From a virus, in IMG/VR virus record IMGVR_UViG_3300042908_000680, positions 32,001 through 96,000 of that record: a stretch of 64,000 nt of DNA. One strand, 5' to 3'. Every line of letters starts with the position of its first letter. Position 1 is the stretch's first letter. The position numbers and the translations under genes are program-made. The notes under the pieces are model-generated. The model saw only the letters and a list, made by a program, of their open reading frames with translations. It was not told the origin of the DNA and ran no database searches. This document shows positions 19,000 to 30,600 of this stretch, in pieces.

Positions 19000-21900
19000 A
19001 TGGCCGGAATAATAACTTCATCGTCGGTTGGATTTAATCCTTTAACAGCTTTTACAACTAATTGCTCATTTTGGTTAGACGCTGATGATCTAACCACAAT
19101 GACGCTTAGTGGATCTAGTGTTACTGAATGGAGAGATAAGGCTAGAAATCTAAGCTTTACTATTGGAACTGGCTCTAATGATGGCAATCGTTCTCCTCCT
19201 ATTTTAAGTAGTAGAAATGGAAGGGGTGCTGTTCAGTTTAATGGTACTAATACTATTTTACGAAATGCGACCGGTGATCTTACCCCTTTGAATAGGACAA
19301 TATTTGTTGTCATTGAAAAGGGGAGCGGATCTGATACTAACGGAGAAGCCGCAATATCTTTATGCCAAAAAGACTCTACTTTATATGGATATTTCACAAC
19401 ATTTGGCTTTGTTACTGGATATCCTTATAATAGTAAAAGAGTAGATTTGGCCGGTGCTACTGCTAGATGGTATGAATATACCTTTAATACTGGCGATTTA
19501 GTTTTAATGAGAAGTCAAAATAGAGATGATACTTATTTAAGTGGAACGTTTGTTGATTCTCAATTATATGTTAATAAGACTATAGTTACTAGAACCACCA
19601 ATATAATAGGTGGTTTTATGACATCATTCACTAGGGGTATAATTCTTGGTGGAACCGATGGTAGATTAGCAAGTGGTTTTTATGGAAATTACTTTTCTGG
19701 AAAAATTTGTGAAGTAATATGTTTTGATAATATTCTTTCATCACAAGAATCTGAGATTGTAGAAAATTACTTGAGTAGAAAGTGGGGGTTGGGATTGTCT
19801 GGTAGCGATGATCCAGCACAAGATATAGCCTCTATTTCTATTCCACAATACTCTATTGATACTTATCCAGTAAATATTGATCAATTTATTCAAGATATAG
19901 CGTCACCGAATAATATTTCTGGTTGTCAACTATGGTTAGACGGAAGTGATCTCTCTAGCATTTCTTTATCTGGTGTTTATGCAACTCAATGGAATGATAA
20001 GAGCGGATATAATAGACATATGGTTGAACAATCTACTAGTGCGCCCACATTGCAAGCTAGTGGCCTCAGTAATAAAAATGTTATTAATTTTTCTGCTACA
20101 GCTAAAATGTCTATTCCAAATAGTAGTGGATCATTTAACTTTCTACACAATACAACTGGTGGCACAATTATATATGTGGTAAAGCCATTTGCTATTGATA
20201 ACAATGCACAGTATGGCAGGTTTTTGCATAATGATGATAATGCAAGTAATAATATTGGTTTTAATATCTTTTTTGATGATAGACCGGCTACTTTAGGTGC
20301 TAGCAATAGTTTAAGATGTGGTATAACTAGAGGAGTTGGTGGTACTAGTACGGCAGACTATTTGGTAAATAATGTAATACCAGAAATGAATAAATTTGTT
20401 TTACAGTCTGTCATGTTTAATAGCAATGAAGCAGTTGCTAGAAATCGAATAAAGACATTTACTAATAGCAAACAAAATGCTGGTTCAAATTCATCTACCA
20501 ACGCTCCATCGTCTTCCCTAACCTCAACTATTAACCTTACTTTAGGATCGGCAAATTCTGATAGTTTTACAGGACAACTTGCAGAGTTAATAATATATTC
20601 TGGTTCTTTATCTTCTTATGACTTGTTAAGAGTAGAAAGATATTTAGCAAAAAAGTGGGCAACTCAAACAAACTCTTCTTGTAAGTTGTGGGCTGATTGT
20701 AGTGATCTATCTACTTTAAAACAAAATAGTGATGGCACAGGAGCAGTAATATCATCTGGAGATCCGGTTGGTTATATTTTAGACAAGAGTGGTAATGGAA
20801 ATCATCTTATTCAGCCAACAGCTTCCTCAAAACCATTTCTTGATACTACTACATTTAATGGCTTACCTTCTGCTAATTTTGAAGCCCCTCAATTTATGTA
20901 TAGTGACTCACTGACTATTTTAAATGGCAGCGATAAGCCCGCTACTGTTATCATGGTTTGCAAGCCCAAACGATTTGTTGTGAATGGGAGTATATTTGCT
21001 TTTACTAGATATGATAGTAATATTCCTTATTTTACCCTTTGGGGGCAAGTGGGTGGCGGTAGGGGAGAAACTGGATACGTGGACATAAGAACAAGAGCAG
21101 ATGATTTAACTAATAAATCAGCAGTCTCAGCTTATACTTCTCAGCTTACTACAGAGCCAGTTATCTTTACAATTAAAATCGATGGATTAAAAGTTCATGC
21201 CAGACAAAATGGTTTAATTGTTCTCAATAATTCTGACATAGATGTTAATAGTAAAACTCAAAATAGATTTAGTATTAATGTTAATGCTAACTCTGCGATA
21301 GGTTTTCATCAAAATATTACTCTTGGAGAAGTATTAGTATTTGACAGCGCACTAACAGATACTCAAATTTCTTCGTTAGAAAAATATCTTAGTAAAAAAT
21401 GGGGCATTGGAATAGAAAGGCCAACATCAAGTCATAAAGAAGTAAAAAACTATATTAATAGAGTATATGCTAACGGCGGATTGATTAGTCAAGAAACTAT
21501 AAATAAGGTAACTGATTTTTGTTACGATATAGATAATGCTGGATTGCGAAACAAAATGTGGAGAACAAACTTATTTTGTGGAAACAATCTTAATGCCGCA
21601 CTTGTTCCACTATACAGAGGTCCAACTCCTGTTGATCAATTCTATGGTAATCCCGTTGATGTTAATTCTGGACCATTTACTGGACCAGACTATAACGAAA
21701 GGGGCCAGCAAGGCGGATTAAGAAGTGACAGACGAAGTAAATATTTAAATACCGGATTTAGATGTGATACTATTCCATATACTGATACCCACTTGTCATT
21801 TCATGCTAGACCGCCAAATACCACAGCGATGATAGCTTCTCCAACTGGTATTACTGGATGCTCATTATGGTTAGATGCTAGTGACGCAACATCAGTTTTA

Positions 21901-23436
21901 CTTAATGGTAGTGCAGTTTCTGGATGGAATGATAAAAGCGGTAACTCCAGACACTTCATTCAAAATTCTGGAGTTTGCCAACCCACTTATGTTACATCTA
22001 GTATTAACTCTAAAAATATAATTAGATTTGATGGTACTAATGATTTTATGATTGGTAGTTCTGGCTGTAATAGTTTGCTACAAAATTTAGGAAACTATAC
22101 TATATTAACAGTATATAAACCAACTAATTTGACTAGTCAGAATCGCACAATAATAGCGGACACATATGGACTAGGCAGTGAACTATGGAGTGTTGTAACC
22201 CCCACCATACAAAATACTGCGGGTTCTAATGGCGTTTGGAATAGTGGCACTTTGACAATGAGCAATACTGCTATTGGGACAAATGCTGGATATCCAAGAT
22301 TTGACTTTGGTTTTCCAAGTATGGTTGCTGGAAGAATCTATACAGTGTCTGGCACATTAACTGGTGATATTACTGGATTACAAGCCGGATCACCAATTAG
22401 ATTATCAACAGCTGGGAATAATAACTATATAACATATGAACCATCTACTGGAAAGTTTTTTGGTACAGTAGCAGCAGCAGCAACCGTTGGCATAGAAATT
22501 ATATTGGATGGTACAAAATTATCCAGTGTTAGTATATCTGGAATCTCTATCAAAGAAACATCATTACGAAACAGATTATATACTAATATTAATAGCTCTT
22601 TTTCACAGGGCGTTAAGCGTACCACATCAGATGTACTTGGTGTTCTTTCTACTAACAATACTATGGTCGTTGGCACTACTTACTTATTTAGTTCTTGGTT
22701 TTCTCCAAATAGCCAAAAATCATCTATTTATTTTGCTGGCGAGTTAGATAATATTGGTACAGGATATCACGGTCTTGGAAATACTGATAACACAGCTTCT
22801 TATGAAGTTGTTATAGGATCTATAGGTTCACTATATAATAGCCCCGGTTGTGAAATGCTTCAAGGCGATCTTGCAGAATTAGTGATATATAATAAAAAAC
22901 TTAGTGATGATGAAATGACTAGCCTTACCAAATATTTTGCTAATAAGTGGGGGCTTACTGGTATGGGAGTTATGTGTGGACCAACTATGGGAAGTTTTAT
23001 GGGTGGTACTCCAGACGCTTCAGTATGGTATGCTAACCAATATAGGCTTAGTTTAGATTATAATAGTGTAACAACTAATACTTTAGTCGGGGGAATTTTA
23101 GCTGGTAATTCTCAAGCTTCTCAATCTTCACGATCAGTAAATAATGGTGGACACTTTGTTGTTAGTAGAAGTGGCAATTCAGATATTAGATCGTATGACG
23201 ATGGTACTCAAATAGGATTTAGCTCCACCGTTCCAACTTCTGGATTTTTTCAAACCAGCGTTCCCATCTTCGTATTTGCAGTTTCTAATTTTGCATCAAC
23301 ACTACAGAGTGGTCCACCAAACACATTCATTGGATATGGTGGAGGATATAGTATAGGAAATTATTTATCACCAACAGAAGTTAGTACATTTAGTAGAATT
23401 ATGAATAAATTTCAAGCTTCACTAGGGAGAATATGA
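19000..23436 (+). CDS. multi-LamG/concanavalin-A-like virion adhesin
   Basis: Four W(L/A)Dx.D...DK...G.(I/L)xE..(F/Y)...L...(E/K)xY..KW modules. Confidence 0.75.
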   Translation: MAGIITSSSVGFNPLTAFTTNCSFWLDADDLTTMTLSGSSVTEWRDKARNLSFTIGTGSNDGNRSPPILSSRNGRGAVQFNGTNTILRNATGDLTPLNRTIFVVIEKGSGSDTNGEAAISLCQKDSTLYGYFTTFGFVTGYPYNSKRVDLAGATARWYEYTFNTGDLVLMRSQNRDDTYLSGTFVDSQLYVNKTIVTRTTNIIGGFMTSFTRGIILGGTDGRLASGFYGNYFSGKICEVICFDNILSSQESEIVENYLSRKWGLGLSGSDDPAQDIASISIPQYSIDTYPVNIDQFIQDIASPNNISGCQLWLDGSDLSSISLSGVYATQWNDKSGYNRHMVEQSTSAPTLQASGLSNKNVINFSATAKMSIPNSSGSFNFLHNTTGGTIIYVVKPFAIDNNAQYGRFLHNDDNASNNIGFNIFFDDRPATLGASNSLRCGITRGVGGTSTADYLVNNVIPEMNKFVLQSVMFNSNEAVARNRIKTFTNSKQNAGSNSSTNAPSSSLTSTINLTLGSANSDSFTGQLAELIIYSGSLSSYDLLRVERYLAKKWATQTNSSCKLWADCSDLSTLKQNSDGTGAVISSGDPVGYILDKSGNGNHLIQPTASSKPFLDTTTFNGLPSANFEAPQFMYSDSLTILNGSDKPATVIMVCKPKRFVVNGSIFAFTRYDSNIPYFTLWGQVGGGRGETGYVDIRTRADDLTNKSAVSAYTSQLTTEPVIFTIKIDGLKVHARQNGLIVLNNSDIDVNSKTQNRFSINVNANSAIGFHQNITLGEVLVFDSALTDTQISSLEKYLSKKWGIGIERPTSSHKEVKNYINRVYANGGLISQETINKVTDFCYDIDNAGLRNKMWRTNLFCGNNLNAALVPLYRGPTPVDQFYGNPVDVNSGPFTGPDYNERGQQGGLRSDRRSKYLNTGFRCDTIPYTDTHLSFHARPPNTTAMIASPTGITGCSLWLDASDATSVLLNGSAVSGWNDKSGNSRHFIQNSGVCQPTYVTSSINSKNIIRFDGTNDFMIGSSGCNSLLQNLGNYTILTVYKPTNLTSQNRTIIADTYGLGSELWSVVTPTIQNTAGSNGVWNSGTLTMSNTAIGTNAGYPRFDFGFPSMVAGRIYTVSGTLTGDITGLQAGSPIRLSTAGNNNYITYEPSTGKFFGTVAAAATVGIEIILDGTKLSSVSISGISIKETSLRNRLYTNINSSFSQGVKRTTSDVLGVLSTNNTMVVGTTYLFSSWFSPNSQKSSIYFAGELDNIGTGYHGLGNTDNTASYEVVIGSIGSLYNSPGCEMLQGDLAELVIYNKKLSDDEMTSLTKYFANKWGLTGMGVMCGPTMGSFMGGTPDASVWYANQYRLSLDYNSVTTNTLVGGILAGNSQASQSSRSVNNGGHFVVSRSGNSDIRSYDDGTQIGFSSTVPTSGFFQTSVPIFVFAVSNFASTLQSGPPNTFIGYGGGYSIGNYLSPTEVSTFSRIMNKFQASLGRI

Positions 23437-23437
23437 T

Positions 23438-23818
23438 ATGAGTATTTTAGATGGTAATGTTCAACCAAACTTAGCAGAACAATCTGCCAAGCAAATAATC
23501 AATCAAGCTCGTCAGACATTTCATCAAATAACTGACTCTTTTAATGATGGTACGGTCTTATTTTGGAGCAATCCTTATGGATTAAAACCATCAGAAATTG
23601 CTGAAGCCCTTGGACCAAACGCGGTGGAAGTATTTAAATTACACTATGCTTTAGGCCAATTTATTGCTAGTATAAAGCCCGAAGCAATATATAATTCATT
23701 ATCTTTAGTTGGTCAATTTACTATGAATGAAGATGGAACTGTAACAGTTATCGATAATGATAACCTCCCGCCGGTTACTCCTCAAGATTTTAATGCCTCA
23801 CTAACTGGTGATCGTTAA
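23438..23818 (+). CDS. hypothetical protein
   Basis: 126-aa ORF, translationally coupled to the upstream gene. Confidence 0.65.
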   Translation: MSILDGNVQPNLAEQSAKQIINQARQTFHQITDSFNDGTVLFWSNPYGLKPSEIAEALGPNAVEVFKLHYALGQFIASIKPEAIYNSLSLVGQFTMNEDGTVTVIDNDNLPPVTPQDFNASLTGDR

Positions 23819-23849
23819 GTAATCAATTTAATATGTTTATACGATTTTT

Positions 23850-23859
23850 GTGTATATTA
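23850..23859 (+). promoter_or_regulatory. putative late promoter GTGTATATTA
   Basis: Intergenic, before the head operon. Confidence 0.65.
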
Positions 23860-23884
23860 TCTTGAGAGACACCAAGGAAAAAAT

Positions 23885-25294
23885 ATGAAGATATATGCAC
23901 AAGAAATAGCTGACGGAGTATCAGAACGTATCAAAAGTGATACGACTGTAGCTTATTGTTCGCAAGCTGTGTTAACAACCGAAACAAATTCAATTAAGAG
24001 ATTGATTGATAAAGTAAAGGCTTCTAGCAATCCTAATCAAATTGATCTTTACTATATCAAATCAATTCTTGTTTCTACTGGGTGGAATAAAAACGACGAT
24101 GTTTTCGATCCGCAGCAAACTTGGGCGGCTCGTAGTACCCCAGAAGATAAACAATTCAACTTAATGCATAATGAAAATGACATCATAGGACATATCACTG
24201 GAAGTTATGTTGTTGATCAAGATGGCAATAAAATCGGCGCAACTGAAAATGATGACGCCCCATCTCAGTTCGATATCGTAACCGAAGCTGTAATTTATAA
24301 CAGCTGGACTAATCCAGAGAACAGAGAGAGGATGAGTAAGATTATATCAGAGATAGAGCAAGGCAAGTGGTTCGTTTCGATGGAATGTTTATTCGCCGGT
24401 TTTGATTACTCCGTTAAAGACACCTCTGGTCAAACCAAGGTTATAGCACGAAGTGAAGACTCGGCATTTTTAACAAAACATCTTAGAGCATACGGTGGAA
24501 CCGGAGAATACGAAGGCTATCAAATTGGTAGATTATTGAGAGATATTTCTTTTTCTGGTAAGGGTTTAGTATCCAGACCAGCAAATCCTAGAAGTATAAT
24601 TCTTGATTCTAGCAAGGCTTTCTCTGTTAATGAAGAACAAACTATTTCCAATGTTTCAGAAGGAGAAGTTAATATGTCAGAAAACATCGAAGAGAAGCAG
24701 CTAGATACTGCCCCAGTGGTAGAAGAAGCTGTACAAGTTGTAGCCGAAGAAGTCAAGGTTGAAAATAATACTTCAGAATTAGAGGCCGCTTTAGCTGCTA
24801 AAGATACTGAAATTCAAGCTTATGCTTCAAAGGTAACAACATTAGAAGAGACTATTGCTAACTTACAAAAAGATTTAGCAGCAGTGAACAAGGATATGGA
24901 AGAAATGAAGAAAAAGGAAAAAGATCGTAGCCGTAAAGAAAAATTAGTTATGGCCGGTTTTGAAGATGCAGAAGCCGACGAATCGCTCTCGCTATATGAC
25001 GCATTAAGTGACGAAGCTTTTGAAGCTGTTGTTGCTGCAATGAAGAAGAAGTGGGGAGCAATGAAGGACAAGATGATGAAAGAAGATAAAGAAGAAAAGA
25101 AGGAAATGGCTTCAGAAGTCGCTGCTACAGAAGAAAAGACTGAAGTAGCAGAAGAGTCAACTGCTCAACTTTTTGAAGAAGTTAAATCAACAGAAGCCAC
25201 TCTCGTAGATGCTTCTGATGAAGGTGAAGAAATAGAGGCCACAAGAGCTAGTGTGGCAGAGTGGCTAACAAACAACGTTTTACGTAATAAGTGA
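23885..25294 (+). CDS. prohead protease with C-terminal scaffold
   Basis: NKNDDVF, FNLMH..IIGH, VSMEC, FSGKGLVSRPANPRSII; acidic coiled-coil C-half; lies upstream of the MCP. Confidence 0.8.
   Translation: MKIYAQEIADGVSERIKSDTTVAYCSQAVLTTETNSIKRLIDKVKASSNPNQIDLYYIKSILVSTGWNKNDDVFDPQQTWAARSTPEDKQFNLMHNENDIIGHITGSYVVDQDGNKIGATENDDAPSQFDIVTEAVIYNSWTNPENRERMSKIISEIEQGKWFVSMECLFAGFDYSVKDTSGQTKVIARSEDSAFLTKHLRAYGGTGEYEGYQIGRLLRDISFSGKGLVSRPANPRSIILDSSKAFSVNEEQTISNVSEGEVNMSENIEEKQLDTAPVVEEAVQVVAEEVKVENNTSELEAALAAKDTEIQAYASKVTTLEETIANLQKDLAAVNKDMEEMKKKEKDRSRKEKLVMAGFEDAEADESLSLYDALSDEAFEAVVAAMKKKWGAMKDKMMKEDKEEKKEMASEVAATEEKTEVAEESTAQLFEEVKSTEATLVDASDEGEEIEATRASVAEWLTNNVLRNK
24674..25294 (+). CDS. 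scaffold protein from an internal in-frame start
   Basis: AAGGAGA (24660-24666) followed by in-frame ATG (MSENIEEK) at the domain boundary. Confidence 0.6.
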   Translation: MSENIEEKQLDTAPVVEEAVQVVAEEVKVENNTSELEAALAAKDTEIQAYASKVTTLEETIANLQKDLAAVNKDMEEMKKKEKDRSRKEKLVMAGFEDAEADESLSLYDALSDEAFEAVVAAMKKKWGAMKDKMMKEDKEEKKEMASEVAATEEKTEVAEESTAQLFEEVKSTEATLVDASDEGEEIEATRASVAEWLTNNVLRNK

Positions 25295-25310
25295 TAAAAG
25301 GAGAAAAACT

Positions 25311-25757
25311 ATGGCCCTAAAAGCAGATAGATATGAGCTTCAAACTGATATCAGTTTCTTCTACAATGCCGGGACAGCAAATCGCGGCGGTGTAGTATGT
25401 CATGATACAGCTGGTTCGGGTGCAGCTATGGATCAAGGTGTTAACCTTGTTAAGTATGCTACATCAGGCGTTCCAGTTGGCGTTTTATTAAATGATGTAG
25501 TAAATAAGGATCTAACCCGTACTCATCTTAATCAGTATAAGGATGAAGTTCAGAAGGGTGGTAAGGTTACAGTACTCCGCAAGGGTTATGTTGTAACTAA
25601 CAGCGTCACTGGAACACCTAGTGCCGGTGCAACAGCTTATCGCTGCACAGTAACTGCTGGAAATTTCAGCACAGTTGCTAGCGGCAATGCTGTTGGTGGA
25701 TTCATGACCAGCAAAGATGCTGACGGTTATGCCAAAGTCGAAGTAAACCTTCCCTGA
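25311..25757 (+). CDS. capsid decoration/cement protein
   Basis: 148 aa between scaffold and MCP, beta-tulip-like PVGVLLNDV...VTVLRKG; strong RBS. Confidence 0.7.
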   Translation: MALKADRYELQTDISFFYNAGTANRGGVVCHDTAGSGAAMDQGVNLVKYATSGVPVGVLLNDVVNKDLTRTHLNQYKDEVQKGGKVTVLRKGYVVTNSVTGTPSAGATAYRCTVTAGNFSTVASGNAVGGFMTSKDADGYAKVEVNLP

Positions 25758-25782
25758 CTAATATAAACAAGGAGAATTAAAC

Positions 25783-26793
25783 ATGCCAATAACTGAAAGA
25801 CCCAGCGATGATTTTATCGCTCTCCTACGTAAGTCAGGGGATGCCGATATCAATGTGGCTATGGCCGCTCAACGTGAGTTTGCCAAAGCACTAGAACTCC
25901 CACTCCGTAAGGGCGTTTTAGTCGGTAATGTACTCGGTAATATTTTCGAAACCATCAATGTAGAAGCCGGTTCAACAACCGAATTCCCTCTTGATCTTAT
26001 CTCCCCCGGCCTTGAAGGTGAGCATGTTGCTTACACCAATCCCGGTCACGGTAGAATCCCAGAGCGTTCGGTCGAAGGCGACTACGTGATGATCCCCACC
26101 TACACAATCGCATCATCGGTTGATTATCTTCTTCGCTTTGCCCGCGAAGCCAGATGGGACATCGTTGGTCGCGCAATGCAGGTGATGGAAGCCGGTTTCA
26201 CCAAGAAGATGAACGATGACGGCTGGCACACTCTTCTCGCCGCTGGCGTTGATCGTAACATCCTAGTCTATGATGCTGATGCAACAGCTGGTCTATTCTC
26301 AAAGAGATTAGTATCACTTATGCAGACAGTCATGCGTAGAAACTCGGGTGGTAATTCGGCATCAGTTGGTCGTGGCCGTCTAACCGATATCTATCTATCG
26401 CCAGAAGCTTTAGAAGATATTCGTAACTGGGGTCTAGATCAAGTTGATGATGTGACCCGTCGTGAAATCTACAATGCCGATCCAGCTTCAGCTGTTGTGA
26501 CCAGAATCTTTGGTGTTAACCTCCATGACCTAGACGAACTAGGTGAAGGTCAGCAATACCAGAACTTCTTCACATCTGATCTTGGTGGTGCATTAGCATC
26601 TGGCGGCGACGTTGAACTCGTAGTTGGCCTTGATCAGTCGATGAACGATAGCTTCGTGATGCCTGTTAAGCAGCAGCTACAGGTATTCGAAGATCCAGCC
26701 CTACATCGTCAGCAGCGCGCTGGCTACTATGGTTGGGCTGAACTCGGCTTTGGTGTTCTAGATAATCGTAGAGTCATCCTTGGCTCATTCTGA
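25783..26793 (+). CDS. major capsid protein (HK97 fold)
   Basis: Position, 336 aa, strong RBS AAGGAG, higher-GC codon use, C-terminal GYYGWAELGFGVLDNRRV, terminator downstream. Confidence 0.88.
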   Translation: MPITERPSDDFIALLRKSGDADINVAMAAQREFAKALELPLRKGVLVGNVLGNIFETINVEAGSTTEFPLDLISPGLEGEHVAYTNPGHGRIPERSVEGDYVMIPTYTIASSVDYLLRFAREARWDIVGRAMQVMEAGFTKKMNDDGWHTLLAAGVDRNILVYDADATAGLFSKRLVSLMQTVMRRNSGGNSASVGRGRLTDIYLSPEALEDIRNWGLDQVDDVTRREIYNADPASAVVTRIFGVNLHDLDELGEGQQYQNFFTSDLGGALASGGDVELVVGLDQSMNDSFVMPVKQQLQVFEDPALHRQQRAGYYGWAELGFGVLDNRRVILGSF

Positions 26794-26823
26794 TCTAGAT
26801 ATTTAAAGAAGATAGTCACAATT

Positions 26824-26858
26824 AAAGCCATCTTCAAGCGATTGGGGGTGGCTTTTTT
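26824..26858 (+). terminator. rho-independent terminator after the MCP gene
   Basis: AAAGCCATCTTCAA-GCGA-TTGGGGGTGGCTTT stem with GNRA loop and T6 tract. Confidence 0.85.
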
Positions 26859-26868
26859 GTGTATAATA
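26859..26868 (+). promoter_or_regulatory. putative late promoter GTGTATAATA
   Basis: Abuts the terminator T tract; upstream of the RBS and ATG 26910. Confidence 0.65.
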
Positions 26869-26909
26869 AGTTAGATAAAGTTATCCAAGGATACGAATAG
26901 GAGAAAAAT

Positions 26910-27653
26910 ATGGCCGCACTATCGGATTATCTTGAGTCTGGATTATTGAGCCACATATTTAGAAATACAGCTTTCCCCAGACCTTCTACAATAGCAATTG
27001 CATTAACAAGCGGTGTTCCACTTGATTCTGACACGGGTTCCACTATCCCAGAATTAGCTTCTGGAGTAAGAAGTGGTCTTGATTTTGTAACAACAAATTA
27101 TAAAAGAATTGTTTTGGGGCCACCAGCTACTAGCGGAGATAATACTTGGAATTCAGTTGGAATTGATGCTACTACAGCCTATAGCGTATCTGGAGTAAAA
27201 TCAAGCGGTACTGTTGTTGGAAATACAACTACTTTTTCAACACAGCCAGAGTATGGATATTTCTATCCAATGTTTATAAACGAGCAGGCCGCAAAAGATT
27301 ATAGTACATCAAAAGGCGGCAATGGATCAGCAATAGTATATACATTTGCTAAAGAATTTCCATCTGTAACTTTTTATGCTCCGTCAGGCAATAATATTTT
27401 TCAGTCTGGAGTTACTCTTAAATCTAACTACCCAGATTATGAAGGCAATGGATTTATCAGAAATAAAAACCAGATGGTATTTAACTCCGCATTTACTGAA
27501 TGGGGCTGGGTTTCTGGTATAGCTATTTTAGATCATGAAACCGTAGGTTCTGGTAACTTGCTAATGTACGCTAAGTTAACTAACCCACGATATGTTTACC
27601 TTGGAGACAACATAAGGTTTGATGCGAATTCGTTAGAAATTAGTCTAAAATAG
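26910..27653 (+). CDS. virion structural protein (fibre or head-associated)
   Basis: LSDYLE..LL.HIFR...WGWVSGIAILD...GNLL...GDNIRF..NSLEI pattern, with a central insertion. Confidence 0.6.
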   Translation: MAALSDYLESGLLSHIFRNTAFPRPSTIAIALTSGVPLDSDTGSTIPELASGVRSGLDFVTTNYKRIVLGPPATSGDNTWNSVGIDATTAYSVSGVKSSGTVVGNTTTFSTQPEYGYFYPMFINEQAAKDYSTSKGGNGSAIVYTFAKEFPSVTFYAPSGNNIFQSGVTLKSNYPDYEGNGFIRNKNQMVFNSAFTEWGWVSGIAILDHETVGSGNLLMYAKLTNPRYVYLGDNIRFDANSLEISLK

Positions 27654-27668
27654 TTACTGGAGCTTAAT

Positions 27669-30600
27669 ATGATATTAAGCAAGTCTCAACTTGTAAATAA
27701 TATTAACAGTGAGATATCTGATCAATCATATGGTCAAATATCCCCCTACGACATTAGACATAATTTATTAGACATAATAGATTCTGTTCATAATCTCACC
27801 TCTTCTCAAGATTTAACATCTCTTAATCTTGCAACTTTTGCGGATGGAAATACTAAAGTTGGTCAGTTAACTTTAGAAAACATTGCGTTAGCTGGATATT
27901 CTAGTCAAGATAATACTGCTATTGGCTACTCTGCCTTGAAGTCCAATTACCAGAGCATTAAAAATACAGCTGTTGGATCATATTCTTTATCTTGCAATAT
28001 CTATGGTCAAAGTAATGTTGCGATAGGATATAATGCCCTTGCTGGCAATACTGTTGGTAATTTAAACGTTGGGCTTGGCAGTTATACTTTACATAATAAT
28101 AAATCTGGTAATGGCAACATTGCTATTGGTCATGGTGCTGGATACTATGTTGATAAAAATACTAACAATAAGCTATTCATTGCTTACCATCCTATTGATG
28201 GAAGTTATATTTGTAGTAACCCAAATGGTTCTGGATTAACTCCATTAGTATATGGCGACCTATCAACAATACAATTAGGTATTGGTGTTAAGCTTTTACA
28301 CCCATACGGTAAATTGCAAATTGGTGGAGATGTAACACCATCTGGCGACACTGTATTAAATCTAGGTCATCCATTATATAATTGGAAAAATTTATATTTA
28401 TCAAATTCACTTATATTCTCTAATACTGCATCTATAGGTCAAGATAGTTCATATGGATTATCTGTTAAGGGAATCTTATCACCAACAGTAGATAATTTTT
28501 TTACTTTAGGACAATCTGAAAAGAGATGGAGTGCTGGATATTTTAGAAATTTGGTTGTTGATGGTACTGCTAATATAAATAATTTAGTAACTATCAATAC
28601 TCAAAACTATAGCGGAATATATTTATATCTAGGAACTAATTCTGTACTTAATCCAATATATTCAGATGCTGGATTAATAGGTGGCGGCTTAATATTGAAA
28701 TCTACAAATAGTAGAGAGTATGCCCTATCTTACTATCCACCAAGTTCTGGTATGCCATGCTTTGTTGGTGAATACGAAAAATCTACCTTCAGAACCAATA
28801 CTAGTTTTCAAGTCCCAAGTACAGCCTATATCCAAGCCAATAGTTTTATTTCTTATAATGCTAGCGGAGTTAGTAACAACGATTGCTATGGACTATTCTT
28901 TAATAGTGGTATAACCTACATATCTAGAAAGAATATTTTAGGATCAAATCCCGGTGCATCTGATGGAGTTCTAGCTGGTATTGGTAATGTAAACTTCTTA
29001 TCTAACTCTGGTGAGTTGACAAATTATGTTATGTCGGTATCTTCTATTGAATCTGGCGTTAGTGTTAGCCAAAGATTTTTGACGGGAACAAAAATCAGAC
29101 AAAAAGATTCATCAAATAATAACAAAGATAAGTTAAGTGGATTTGAAATTAAATATATTGATGATTCTAATCTAGGCATAATAGGCCCGCTTACAGATAG
29201 GCTAGTAGTAGGATCATATGATCGTACCTCTAAGTTTGTAAATGGTTTGGTCGTTATGAAAAACGATCAAGATGGGTCTGTAATGGGAGTTACGAATATA
29301 GCTTCTATTACAGAAAATGTAATACCAAAAACTATTTTTAATGTTAGATCATCAAATAATTGCATTGGTAGATTTACTAGTGAAAATAATGGTAATTACA
29401 AAGCTGCTATTCAACTACTAGCAAGAGAAAACTGTGAAGCTAGTGGTGTAGAAATTGCATATCTAAATAATAGTGGCATTGCTGATGTAATTATATATAA
29501 GAATTCTAATGCTACTAATTTCATTAGAATGAAAGACATCAACGAAATTGGTATACTTTCTAGTGGAATTACAAACGCTACAATCACAATTGGACATAGC
29601 GGTATTGCTAAACTACCAGTTATAAGCTTAAAAGATAGCCTAGGGGTTGGTGATTTAACTGTTAATCCATCTGGAGGTTATGGCAAACTATATAATCTTA
29701 GAGCAGAAAAGGGATTTGCTAACCAGTGCAATTCACTATACTTCATGGATGGATCTGGCAACTCTACTGATTTAGTTGTTAATAAGCTTGACAATGTAGA
29801 TGGTAGGGCTGTTTATGTAGATGGTAGTGGAAATACTTTTGCTGGATATTTATCACCATCTGGAAGAAAGGCTATAACTAGAGCAATTAACAATAATATT
29901 TCTTATGGTTATCAAGCTCTTTATAGTATTTTATCTGGCTCTGGTAATTTGGCTATCGGTTATGACTCTCTTTATAATCTATCATCTGGAAATAATAATA
30001 TTGTAATTGGTGAATCTTCTGCTAGTGGATTAAGGAATACATCTAATAACATTATTATTGGTAACAAATCATTTAATAAAACTGCTGATTTATCCAATAC
30101 TAGTGGTAATATAATAATTGGTCATAATATTGGTGCTAGTCAAAGTGGATCTTATCAATTTTTACTTGGAAATAGACCAAATGTTGTTTTATTGGAGGGT
30201 AGGCTTGGTCCAAACAATACTGATAAATTTTTAAGCTTACCAAGTAGTGGTAGATTATATATTAATAATCATGATAATACCGAAGGATTATGTGTAAAAT
30301 CTAATCTGATAGAGGTTATTGATAGTGGTGGAAGCGACTATCCACAAAATGATCTAAGATTTAGATTTATTGGTAACAATTCATCAGATCTTTTAATATT
30401 AAATCATGATGCAGAACCATTATATAATACTCCCAGATATGCGGAGCATATAGTAGATGGAGACATGGCTATAGCAACTCCATACGCAGAGCTAAACGGT
30501 GATTTGCGTTTAAGGGGTTATCTTCTATTTAGTGATAGAACTACTTTAACTAGTGCCAGCGGTATTACACATGCCACGTTATTAGCAGATAGTGGAGTAC

